The notes under the pieces: model-generated
The model's input: the letters and a program-made list of their open reading frames with translations, nothing else
What the model was told of the DNA's origin: nothing
The model's database searches: none
DNA from: Macrostomum lignano
Taxonomy: Eukaryota
Reading direction: 5' to 3'
DNA: 64,000 nt
NCBI GenBank assembly: GCA_002269645.1
Contig: NIVC01000055.1
Span: 183,765 to 247,764 of the forward strand
Part shown: positions 38,970 through 50,500 of the stretch, piece after piece
How the letters are laid out: each line of letters starts with the position of its first letter
How positions within the stretch are numbered: position 1 is the first letter of the stretch
Program-made: the position numbers and the translations under genes

Positions 38970-39350
38970 ACTCTCTCCCTCTCCACCTCTCTATTCTTGT
39001 CGCCCTCTCTTCCCCGTTATCTCTCTCCTCTTCCTCTCTCTCCTCTCCCTCTCTCACCTCTCCCTCTCTCACCTCTCCCTCTCTCTCCTCTCCCTCTCTC
39101 CTCTCCCTCTCTCTCCTCTCCCTCTCTCTCCTCTCCCTCTCTCTCCTCTCCCTCTCTCTCTCTTCCCTCTCTCTTCCCTCTCTCTTCTCTCCCTCTCTCC
39201 CTCTCTCTCCTCTCCTCTCTCTCCTCTCCCTCCCTCTCCCTCTCCCTCTCCCTCTCCCTCTCCCTCTCCCTCTTCCTCTCCCTCTCCCTCTCCCTCTCCC
39301 TCTCCCTCTTCCTCTCCCTCTCCCTCTCCCTCTCCCTCTCCCTCTCCATC
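38970..39350. repeat. Polypyrimidine (CT) tract ending in (CTCTCC)n
   Basis: Nearly pure C/T, about 200 bp upstream of the ATG at 39550. Confidence 0.9.
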
Positions 39351-39549
39351 TTATATACCTCTTTCTTTCCTCCTCCCGTCTCCCATCTCCCATCCTACTT
39401 TTCCAAACTTCTTAGTTTCCAATCCAGATTCACAGCTTGAGACCTCCATGGCCATCCATTCAGTCCAGATCTGTTCCTGCGCATCTCTCTGAAATCCCGC
39501 GCCAACTCTTGAAATCCCCAATGTCCCATCCGCTTCAGCCATCGGAACC

Positions 39550-42500
39550 ATGGGCAACAACTCGAGCAACTCAGTGCTGCACAACATTGACTCGGTGGTG
39601 ACTCGGCTGGCCGGCCGGTCGGCTTCGAGTTCGGCCGAGTCGCCAACGGGCCCGAATTCGTCAGACGACCCGGAGACCGTGGCCGCTCGACGCTTGGTGT
39701 GTGAAGTGCTGCGCGCGTCTGTCAAGGAGATGCTGCGGCAGCAGCTGCGCGCGGCGGCTGTCAGGGCGCCGCCAAGGAGCGACCAGGCCGAGCTGCTGCA
39801 GGCGGAGGCCGAGCGCCTGGTTGCTGGCGTGCTGGAGGCGGCCATCGATGTGCTGGCGGAGGAGCTGGTGCCCGGTGGGTTGACAGGGGTCGGCTTTCTG
39901 ATGATTGGGGTGTGCACCAGCTGACTGCTGATGATGTTCTCATGGTGTGCTCATGGTGTGCTCATGGTGTGCTCATGGTGTGCTCATGGTGTGCTCATGG
40001 TGTGCTCATGCTGTGCTCATGGTGTGCTCATGGTGTGCTCATGGTGTGCTCATGCTGTGCTCATGATGTGCTCATTGTGTGCTCATGGTGTTGTACTCAT
40101 GGTGTGCTCATGCTGTGCTCATGGTGTGCTCATGGTGTGCTCATGGTGTGCTCATGCTGTGCTCATGATGTGCTCATGGTGTGCTCATGGTGTGCTCATG
40201 GTGTGCTCATGCTGTGCTCATGGTGTGCTCATGCTGTGCTCATGGTGGGCTCATGCTGTGCTCATGATGTGCTCATTGTGTGCTCATGGTGTACTCATGG
40301 TGTGCTCATAGTGTGCTCATAGTGTGCTCATAGTGTGCTAATGGTGTGCTCATAGTGTGCTCATAGTGTGCTAATGGTGTGCTCATGGTGTGCTCATAGT
40401 GTGCTAATGGTGTGCTCATGGTGTGCTCATAGTTTGCTAATGGTGTGCTCATGATGTACTCATAGTGTGCTCATAGTGTGCTCATAGTGTGCTAATGGTG
40501 TGCTCATAGTGTGCTCATAGTGTGCTAATGGTGTGCTCATAGTGTGCTCACAGTGTGCTAATGGTGTGCTCTTAAGTGATCATGATGTGCTCATGGTGTA
40601 CTCATAGTGTGCTCATAGTGTACTTATAGTGTGCTCATAGTGTGCTAATGGTGTGCTCATGGTGTGCTCATAGTGTGCTCATAGTGTGCTCATAGTGTGC
40701 TCATAGTGTGCTAATGGTGTGCTCATAGTGTGCTCACAGTGTGCTAATGGTGTGCTCTTAAGTGATCATGATGTGCTCATGGTGTACTCATAGTGTGCTC
40801 ATAGTGTGCTTATAGTGTGCTCATGGTGTACTCATAGTGTGCTCATAGTGTGCTTATAGTGTGCTCATAGTGTGCTAATGGTGTGCTCATAGTGTGCTCA
40901 TAGTGTGCTCATAGTGTGCTCATAGTGTGCTAATGGTGTGCTCATAGTGTGCTCATAGTGTGCTAATGGTGTGCTCATAGTGTGCTCATAGTGTGCTCAT
41001 AGTGTGCTCATAGTGTGCTAATGGTGTGCTCATAGTGTGCTCATAGTGTGCTAATGGTGTGCTCATAGTGTGCTCATAGTGTGCTAATGGTGTGCTCATA
41101 GTGTGCTCATAGTGTGCTCATAGTGTGCTCATAAGTGATCATGGTGTGCTCATGGTGTGCTCGCAGTGGTATGACCTATGAGAGCTTGGGTTTGTGTTTT
41201 TAAAGAATATACTAGAAAATGCTTGTATAGTCTAACACGAACTCGCTGCTGCAGAACTGCCCTCCATGAACGGGCCAACAAAATGCAAGAACTCGCATAC
41301 CACTGGGCCGCAGCCGCCTCAGCAGCTGCCTCAGCAGCAGCAGCAGCAGCAGCCGGATTCTAACAATGATCAGCACCTGTCCTTCCTGACCGAAATTGCT
41401 TCTCGTATGGTCAACTCGCGATTGAATGGTGAGTGAAATGCGCCGCGAGCCTTTGCTTGAAAAGAAGTCATTGTGTACTTTTAGTAAGATTATTTTGGCG
41501 AAAACGCGATCAAAATCGGTGAAGAATTGCAATCTCTAGAGCGTTATGGACAAACATACAAATATTGGAGATTTAGTATATTTAGATTACGCTTTACTCC
41601 CCATCACCCACCTCACTCCCAACACCCACGCCACTCCCTTCACCCACCTCACTCCCATCACCCACCTCACTCCCTTCCCCCACCTCACTCCCATCACCCA
41701 CCTCACTCCCTTCCCCCACCTCACTCCCAAGACCCACATCACTCCCTTCTCCCACTCCACTCCCATTACCCACCTCACTCCCTTCACCTGCCTCACTCAC
41801 ATCACCCACCTCACGCCTCCAGCCAACCCATCTCATTTCCCCACCCCAGACTCGCAGCTCAGCTCTGCAGTGGAGCAGCTGACCAGACATCGCAGCGAGT
41901 TCCGCCTGCCGGAGGCCAGACCAAAATCCGAGCGGTCAACAGCGGTGGACCTGGCGCTGCTCGGCCCCTACCTGCGCTGCCTGAGTCATGCCGGGGTGCT
42001 CAGCGAAGGCTGCGGACCCGCTGCAACCCTGCTGGTGTTCGACGCCTCACGGCTGCCAGACTGCGACTCCGTACGGGAATACGACGGAATCATGCTGCAG
42101 CTGCTCACGTGAGTGTGGGGCGGATTTCCCCTTTGAGTCTGGGGCGGATTTCCCCTTTGAGTCTGGGGCGGATTTCCCCTTTGAGTCTGGGGCGGATTTC
42201 CCCTTTGAGTCTGGGGCGGATTTCCCCTTTGAGTCTGGGGCGGATTTCCCCTTTGAGTCTGGGGCGGATTTCCCCTTTGGGTCTGGGGCGGATTTCCCCT
42301 TTGAGTCTGGGGCGGATTTCCCCTTTGGAATCTGGGGCGGATTTCCCCTTTGGAATCTGGGGCGGATTTCCCCTTTGGGTCTGGGGCGGATTTCCCCTTT
42401 GGGTCTGGGGCGGATTTCCCCTTTGGGTCTGGGGCGGATTTCCCCTTTGGGTCTGGGGCGGATTTCCCCTTTGAGTCTGGGGCGGATTTCCCCTTTGGAA

Positions 42501-45500
42501 TCTGGGGCGGATTTCCCCTTTGGAATCTGGGGCGGATTTCCCCTTTGGGTCTGGGGCGGATTTCCCCTTTGAGTCTGGGGCGGATTTCCCCTTTGGAGTC
42601 TGGGGCGGATTTCCCCTTCGAGTCTGGGGCGGATTTCCCCTTTGAGTCTGGGGCGGATTTCCCCTTTGGAATCTGGGGCGGATTTCCCCTTTGGAATCTG
42701 GGGCGGATTTCCCCTTTGGAATCTGGGACGGATTTCCCCTTTTTAATCTGGGCGGATTTCCCCTTTGGAGTCTGGGGTGGATTTCCCCTTTGGAAACTGT
42801 GGCGGATTTCACCTTTGAGTCTGGGGCGGATTTCCCCTTTGGAGTCTGGGGCGGATTTCCCCTTCGAGTCTGGGGCGGATTTCCCCTTTGAGTCTGGGGC
42901 GGATTTTCCCTTTGGAATCTAGGGCGGATTCCCCCTTCGAGTCTGGGGCGGATTTCCCCTTTGAGTCTGGGGCGGATTTCCCCTTTGGAATCTGGGGCGG
43001 ATTTCCCCTTTGGAATCTGGGGCGGATTTCCCCTTTTTAATCTGGGCGGATTTCCCCTTTGGAGTCTGGGGTGGATTTCCCCTTTGGAAACTGTGGCGGA
43101 TTTCACCTTTGAGTCTGGGGAGGATTTCCACCTTGAAGTCTGGGGCGGATTCTAGATGACTCCGGGATGGATTTCCCCGGAGTCTCGGGATATACGTCTT
43201 TGGATAATCCCCGCCGAATCTGTACTGCAATAGCCATACAATTTGCCCTATACTTCGGCGCATTATGAGTGCACACTGGGGACTTAGGAAGCAGTCGAGA
43301 TAAGAAAAAGGCTCCGCAGACCGACAGTAACCTCTCCGCTTGCTTATACTTCACTTTCATCCGGCGCAAGGAAGGAAACTCGCCTCGGGGGAGAGTCTGG
43401 ATGGGAAGAGCGAGGACGGCCCCGTGGGATATGAGAGCGGACACAGGGGCGCCCGTGACAGAAACATGGGGGGGCTCTGAGTGTGGGATCGGAACTCTGT
43501 CTCGTCCGGAGCGGAGCTCTGAGTTAGAAAATGATGCTCATTTTTTCGCGAGCAGCATCACAAGCCAGCTCTATATTGCCGAGCCTGCCTCTCAGCGCTC
43601 CCGCACTTCACCTTTGCCATTTCATTAGATGCTGACTTCTCTTGACTCTGAGCATCTGTGAGGCTTACAATGCAATGCCCCGAGCTCAAGTTGCCAGTGA
43701 GAGGCACGCGCGAGGGGTATATTTTCGAGCAATGAGCCAGATGGAGATACAGATATGTAATTAAAACAGATGCGAACACAGAAAGCATCAACGGCCAGGG
43801 CATGCCAAGAGATAAATATTATTAATCTACTGTGGGACCTAAGTAGTATGAATAGCGTTTCTTAACATTGCTAAAGATTAGTTATTCATCTATTTATTCA
43901 TCCATAATATGTTGGCTAGATTAGCAATCCATTCTATTCTTTCATCCATAATGTGTTGGCTAGATTAGCAATCTATTCTATTCCTTCATCCGTGATTTTG
44001 GCTAGATTAGCAATTTATTCTATTCCTTCATCCGCGATGTTGGCTAGATTAGCAATCAATTCTGTTCCTTCATCCATGATATTGGCTAGATTAGCAATCC
44101 GTTATATTCCTTCATCCGTGATGTGTTGGCTAGATTAGCAATCCATTCTATTCCTTCATCAGTGATGCTGGCTAGATTAGCAATCCGTTATATTCCTTCA
44201 TCCGCGATGTTGGCTAGATTAGCAATCCATTCTATTCCTTCATCAGTGATGCTGGCTAGATTAGCAATCCATTCTATTCCTTCATCCGTGATTTTGGCTA
44301 GATTAGCAATTTATTCTATTCCTTCATCCGCGATGTTGGCTAGATTGGCAATCCATTCTATTCCTTCATCAGTGATGCTGGCTAGATTAGCAATCCATTC
44401 TATTCCTTCATCCGCGATGTTGGCTAGATTGGCAATCCATTCTATTCCTTCATCCGCGATGTTGGCTAGATTGGCAATCCATTCTATTCCTTCATCCGTG
44501 ATGTGTTGGCTAGATTGGCAATCCATTCTATTCCTTCATCCGTGATGTGTTGGCTAGATTAGCAATCCATTCTATTCCTTCATCCGTGATGTGTTGGCTA
44601 GATTAGCAATCCATTCTGTTCCTTCATCCATGATGTGTTGGCTAGATTAGCAATCCATTCTGTTCCTTCATCCATGATGTGTTGGCTAGATTAGCAATCC
44701 ATTCTGTTCCTTCATCCGTTATGTTGGCTAGATTGGCAATCCATTCTATTCCTTCATCCGTGATGTTGGCTAGATTGACAATCCATTCTGTTCCTTCATC
44801 CGCGATGTTGGCTAGATTAGCAATCCCTTCTGTTCCTTTATCCATGATGTGTTGGCTAGATTAGCAATCCATTCTGTTCCTTCATCCATGATGTGTTGGC
44901 TAGATTAGCAATCCCTTCTGTTCCTTCATCCATGATGTGTTGGCTAGATTAGCAATCCATTCTGTTCCTTCATCCATGATGTGTTGGCTAGATTAGCAAT
45001 CCATTTTGTTCCTTCATCCGTGATGTGTTGGCTAGATTAGCAATCCCCTCCTCTCCCCTCGGCAGGCTGCTCAGTCACGCCATCAGGCAGATCCGCACTC
45101 CCAGTTTTGCCTTGGTGTTTCTGCACTCGCCAGCCACTCGCGGCCAGTTCCCCAAGGTGGCCTGGATGAAGCAGGCTGCCGCATGGCTGGAGACCCAGTC
45201 CTCGCTGCGCAGAATCTACGTGCTGCACTCGACCTTCTCACTGAGCACCCTGTCCGTGCTGAGTCGCGCCTTTACCTCGTGAGTTTTTACTTACTTTGTT
45301 TTAAAAATAAGGTCACTTTGGTAATTCGAATTGGCGCTAAAAAACAAATAATCACGGATATGAGAAGCAGAACCTTTAAATTTAGATTTGTTAAAGTCGC
45401 CAGAAAAATACTAGAATAGCGTTTTCCAGGTTTTGGTCGCGAGTTCAAAAGTTTTTCACGGGGTTTTTGGTGCGAATTTAACAGGATACTTTTTTAATTT

Positions 45501-45783
45501 AACGGTAACCTAATGGTTACGTGTTTGTTTTGATGTCCAGCTTACAGTATCGCAAAACTTGGAGATATTATCAATTTTTTAGAGGCATGCGACTTCTTTT
45601 AAAATAGAATGCTCTTCTTTAACAAACCATAAACATGACAGGCGCGCATTCCGAGACCTCGTGACCAGCGTCTCGTCGGTGCAGCAGCTGCAGGAGCTTC
45701 TGCCGCTCCTGACCACCTCTGTCAAGCAGCAGCTCGAGGCGGTACGCGCTTGGGAGTCCACTCACAAAGGATTTGGATTTTGA
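39550..45783 (+). CDS. BCH (BNIP-2/Cdc42GAP homology; CRAL-TRIO-like) domain protein, ~370 aa, 5 exons
   Basis: Exons 39550-39874, 41255-41428, 41850-42108, 45066(or 45075)-45278, 45642-45783 (phases 1,1,2,2). VDLALLGPYLRCLSHAG...TLLVFDASRLPD...YDGIML / FALVFLHSPATRGQFPKVAWMKQ...LRRIYVLHSTF...LSRAFTS / RAFRDLVTSVSSVQQLQELLP aligns with BNIP2/Caytaxin IDMKVIEPY..VISHGG..IIVFAACFLPD / YMIVYLNG..MPGLGW..LKSFIIVHPSW..RPFIS / SKFSSKI..V.SL.EL..LIP. Extra upstream exons cannot be excluded. Confidence 0.85.
39930..41160. repeat. Intronic minisatellite, 11-bp unit (CATGGTGTGCT grading to CATAGTGTGCT)
   Basis: About 110 copies filling BCH intron 1. Confidence 0.95.
41598..41820. repeat. C-rich intronic minisatellite, ~18-bp subunits (CACCCACCTCACTCCCAT / CCCCACCTCACTCCCTTC)
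   Basis: In BCH intron 2, ending close to the acceptor. Confidence 0.85.
42110..43152. repeat. Intronic minisatellite, 24/25-bp unit (TGAGTCTGGGGCGGATTTCCCCTT)
   Basis: About 43 copies; the first copy overlaps the GTGAGT donor at 42109. Confidence 0.95.
43905..45045. repeat. Intronic minisatellite, 39/41-bp unit (GTTGGCTAGATTAGCAATCCATTCTATTCCTTCATCCGTGATGT)
   Basis: About 28 copies ending at the polypyrimidine tract of BCH exon 4. Confidence 0.95.
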
Positions 45784-46111
45784 GCACCCGATTAAGCAGC
45801 ATGGCGACAATGACCCTGGTCTGTTATATTCTCAGAAAGTCAAAACGCAAACCAGTTTTGGTCTCTTGTGTTTCACTTCTGTGCAAAGTCGCTCCGACTC
45901 CAAACATTAATTTGTTGTCCTGTCTGCATTATAAAATTTATGAATATCATTTTTTATACTGGCTGCAGGTGTCGTGTTCGGATTACCGAAATGGATGGAA
46001 TGGAATAGGTTTTCGGTACTTTATGTACTTTTCAATGTAGACTTGGTTGGTTTGTTGGTAATCTATTGCTGGGTAGCTTTTGACGTCGTAAATTTTGCAC
46101 AATGAAATATT

Positions 46112-46302
<191 letters not shown>

Positions 46303-46834
46303 GTTATTCGCACGCTGCTTCGAAAAATTAAATTGTTCGCGTGTTGGTCCTTGCAATTATTGATAGTATTTTTCAGGCTGCAAGTATTTCATTTCGGACT
46401 TTTAAACCCAATGATTGAAAAATTTAATATCCATTAATCATATTTTTCAACAGTATGGCTATATTCCGTGTCATTCATCCTACAGAACACTAATTACATT
46501 AATTACTAACCTACACTGTCACGTGACTCGATCGATGTGTCACTTAAACCCCACTCTTAGCTTGTTGTCTATTTAGTCCTTGACTGCTTTCCCCACACTT
46601 CTCATTACGAAAATTTACCGTTTTTAGGCTCAATCGCCGAGTTGTGCGTCGTGTTTGTTTCCTTTGTTGTCTGAGCTCGAAGGTTTAGAAATACACAAAG
46701 AAATGCTGCAGTTCGATGAGGTCCAAATCCTCGATATTTTATTGATTTTTTGTCCATAGCAAAACAAAAAATTGACTTTTATTCAATTTACGCTTTGCCG
46801 CATTATCACCTGGGAAACGTAGCTTTGGAATGGG

Positions 46835-47040
46835 GAACCTGTGAGGATGGGAAACGGGGGACCGGTGAGGATGGGGAACGGGGGACCGGTGAGGATGGGG
46901 AACGGGGGACCGGTGAGGATGGGGAATGAGGGGCCAAGGAGGATTTGGATTCGGGGAACCGGTGAGGATGCGGAATGGGGAACCGGTGAGGATGGGGAAC
47001 GGGAAACCGGTGAGGATGGGGAATGGGGGACCGGGGAGGA
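46835..47040. repeat. G-rich minisatellite, 24-bp unit (GGGGACCGGTGAGGATGGGGAACG)
   Basis: About 8 partly diverged copies. Confidence 0.85.
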
Positions 47041-47578
47041 ATTGGAATAGAAAGCAGTAAGAAAGTTAGCACAGTGTGAGGCCGGAAGTTTAGAGCATAG
47101 AAGTCACATGCAAAATTAGGAAGAGCATATGCATGTTAAAAGTCCTTTTAGTTTTAGGTCACAAAAATTGTTGATCGAGTGTATCTTGGTATTTATTTTA
47201 CTCACTAATAGGATAAGCTATGCACATGATATATAGGCCGAGTGGCACGAATATTATTAGTACAGTAACCCTACATATTAGTAGCTACTCCTAATGGATG
47301 CTCAAACGCATGGGTTAAACTAATCTCGTATTTTCTTTAGTGAGAGTGACGCAATTTAAACCACACCACAGGCCCTAAGGGCTTATATATCCTACCGATG
47401 TATACATGCAAAGGTTTCTAAATTTCTTGTGTTAATGAATTCAATGAGACAGAGTGTATCTTTTTAGTTTATCGTACTAACGAATTTGTGGCAAGTTTTG
47501 CCAAAGGTTTTTAAAATCAATATTATAGTTAATCCTTGATTTTACGAATCAGGCTTGCGCTTCAACGCCATTTAAATT

Positions 47579-50500
47579 TCATTTTGGAAGCTGGTCAACC
47601 AAAGGGGCAGCTGCGGCGTCCGTTTGGGCCGGCTTTTCGCGTCCAGAATAAATGGAAGCCGCGCTGTCCGAGTTCACTAGCCGAATCTGCGGTGTAAATG
47701 AAATGAGATTATAGGACCAAACGCTCCTCAGCTGGTCTCTGATTGGCTTCCGCGCTGGTATACACATTGCCTCAGTTCTCTACCCCTTTATGGACACCCA
47801 CCCCAATCCAGTCCGGGCCCTATAGTGCTGGTACAGACAATATTTTCTGACTGGTTATCTGTCTTTCCACACAAACTGTTCATGACACACCAGCCAATCG
47901 ATATATATTTTCTGTCTCGTTTTATTGCCCCACCTCACGCCCTCGCCAGCATAGGCTCGCTTATTGGCTAACTAGGTATGTGCTTTTTCTCAAAAGCTAA
48001 CTAGACTCGTCTGTTCACGACACCCAGCCAATCGATATTTTTTCTGCCCCGTTATATTGCCCCACCTCACACTTTCTAGACTTCAGTGGCCAGCACAGAC
48101 TGGCTGATTCATATTGGCTGACTGGTTAACCTGGCTTTCCACACAAACTGTTCACGATACCCTAGCCAATTCTTCTCTGCCCCGTTTTGGGGTTTCCACG
48201 AAATTGGGGTGGCAGCTTTAATCCCAGTGCAGGAAGAAGAAGGAAGGCGGCAACTCACAGACTGCAGATCGCGCCCGGTAGAATCCGCCGCCTGTCCGGC
48301 AGCCGCGCCCAGCGCTTGGCGCAGCAGCAGGTTGAGTGGGGCAAACAGCAGGTGCAGGGCGGCCATGCCAATCACTGCGAAGGTGAAGCTGGCGTGCTTC
48401 ACTAGCAGGCCGCCGATGATGGGGCCTGGATTGGAGTAGGATTTGAGGAAGATTTGTAATGAATATGAGGTGAACTGAAGTGAATGACGTTTTAGACGTT
48501 CAAAATGTGGGTTACACTCTTCTAGAAGCACAAACCCAATTAAATAGAACGTTTTAATAGCAATTGTTTCCTGTAAGTCAGTTCTGTCTGCCTGCTCACT
48601 GAAAATGAAAGCAGCCGCCACGCTGGTGTTGCACAGCGAGTAAACGCTGCCATAGGATCCCGGATGCCGCGTGTCCACCAGATTGCCAAGCAATGGAAAC
48701 AGCGAGGCGTCTACGGTGCCCAGCGCCAGGCCAATTCCGAAGTGCGGCAGCAGCAGGTGGTAGACTGTCCTGGCAGACGGAATCTTAAAGCGCAAGGGTG
48801 TACAATTGTCAGACTGAGAAATCAGTTAGTACACTTTGGACAGAGGCTCCTCTGCCACCTCTGACCTTTCATTTAAAGCGACACTGATTGGCAGATGAGA
48901 AAGTGAGAGTTCATTGGCCTAGAATTCTTCTCTCTTCCTGACCTTCTGTGATTGGCTGGCGGGTGTGAGAGTAAAGTATTCTCCTCTCCTATTTGCCCTT
49001 TCATTGGCTCCTCCTTCTACTAGTACCTACCCATCGAAAGTGCCCCTCCCCCCAGAAGCACCACTTACTCCTAATTTCATAGTTTCTATTGGCTGTAATT
49101 AACTGCTTACAAAACTTTCACTCAAAGCAAAAAACGATTACAACTCACCACTGCGAAGCACACACCGGACAGGGTGAAGCTAAGCAGGGCCTTCAGCCAG
49201 TCTTCGCCTACGGAACTGTGAGCACCGACCAGATTCGATGACAACAGGAAGGCGACGCTGTCCGGGAGAAACACGGCGCCTAGTTGAATGGATTCGAAGG
49301 CAGTCTGTTGTTTTTTGTGGTATCGATAATTTTTTATTGTCTGCCTCATCAGCCTGCTCACCCAGCTGCCACTTCTCGGCTCGCATAGTCTTCTCAATCC
49401 AGATGGGGATGGTACTCTCCAGCAGAGAGATTCCAGCCTCCTGGAGGAATACGCCCAAAGTTGCTATGAGGATGTAGCGGTCGCACAGCAGAGTGGCGAG
49501 AGACTGCCGCTCGCCCCATTCCACCTGAGGAATGGGAGGAAGGAAGGTGAATTGGAGTCAGTAGAGGAGAGGTGAAGTCAACAATGGAGAAGCAGAGTCA
49601 GAGAAGCAGAAGTGGAGTCGGGAATCAAGGTGGAGAAGGAAGTAGAATTTTAGCCATACCAGTAGACAATTGCTATCTTCATCAGCCTACCTTGCCCTGA
49701 TGATTCGATCTCAGAAGGAAAGTCATCAGCCCTGTAAAATGTCACATCAAGTTCATTAAAAAAATCGACTTCAAGCCACAGCAACAGGAGGAAACTCAAC
49801 GCTCGCTCACCCAGCTCAAAAAACAGTCCAACGCTAATCAGAGCGAACGGCATTTGCCTGCCGCAGAACTGATACAGCACGGAGCCGAAGGGAAATCCGA
49901 CTGAAAATTGATGGAGAATACGGAGAATTTGACCTCAGACTGCTCATAAACCAAAATCAAGTTCTCTGATCACTGAGTCTGCCTTAAACTTCTCCCTTTT
50001 TTGCCATTCAACAGCAGCACTCAGCACCCAATAAGACAATGTTCTTAGCACTAGCACTTAGCACTAATTTCAGCACTCAATAATAAATAATAATAATAAT
50101 TGATTACACCTGCACTATTGGGCAGATGGGCAACTGACAGCTCAAGCCGCAGCTATTGCGCGGCGCATCTGCAGGCTGCGTACGGCTGTTCAGTCCAAGG
50201 ACTGGGGTTGGGACGGGGTGTCACCACACACACCCTTAACTATACCCCAACTAATGCTGGCACCCATCTTACAGCTGGGTGAACTGAAGCAATGCAGAGT
50301 TAAGTCTCTTGCTCAAGGACACAAATTGTTCCAGTGGGATCGAGAATCGAACCCCCGACCTTTCAGTCGTGAGTCCAACGCTCTGACCACTAAACTACAA
50401 CCCCCTCAACACAGTACACAGCAATCAGTTCGAAGAAACCTGCACTGGGCATTCTGCGTTCAGCACTTTGCTTCTCAGCCCATGGACACCAAACAGACAG

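Noticed and set aside
42105-43106. 333-aa RGNPPQTQ-type and GADFPF ORFs
   Set aside because: Intronic 24-bp array; unit length divisible by 3 keeps frames open.
43158-43184. 9-bp perfect hairpin GACTCCGGG...CCCGGAGTC at the end of the 24-bp array
   Set aside because: Short, GC-rich and built from array-like sequence; no evidence of function.
48109-48258. VMAT C-terminus as read through in ORF 48109..48795
   Set aside because: A GTGAGT donor at 48258 splices in phase to a better terminal exon at 47686-47579; the read-through is probably intron.
50330-50402. tRNA gene (also 17735-17800)
   Set aside because: A and B boxes are present but the anticodon and acceptor stems do not pair, and the sequence continues into a SINE body.
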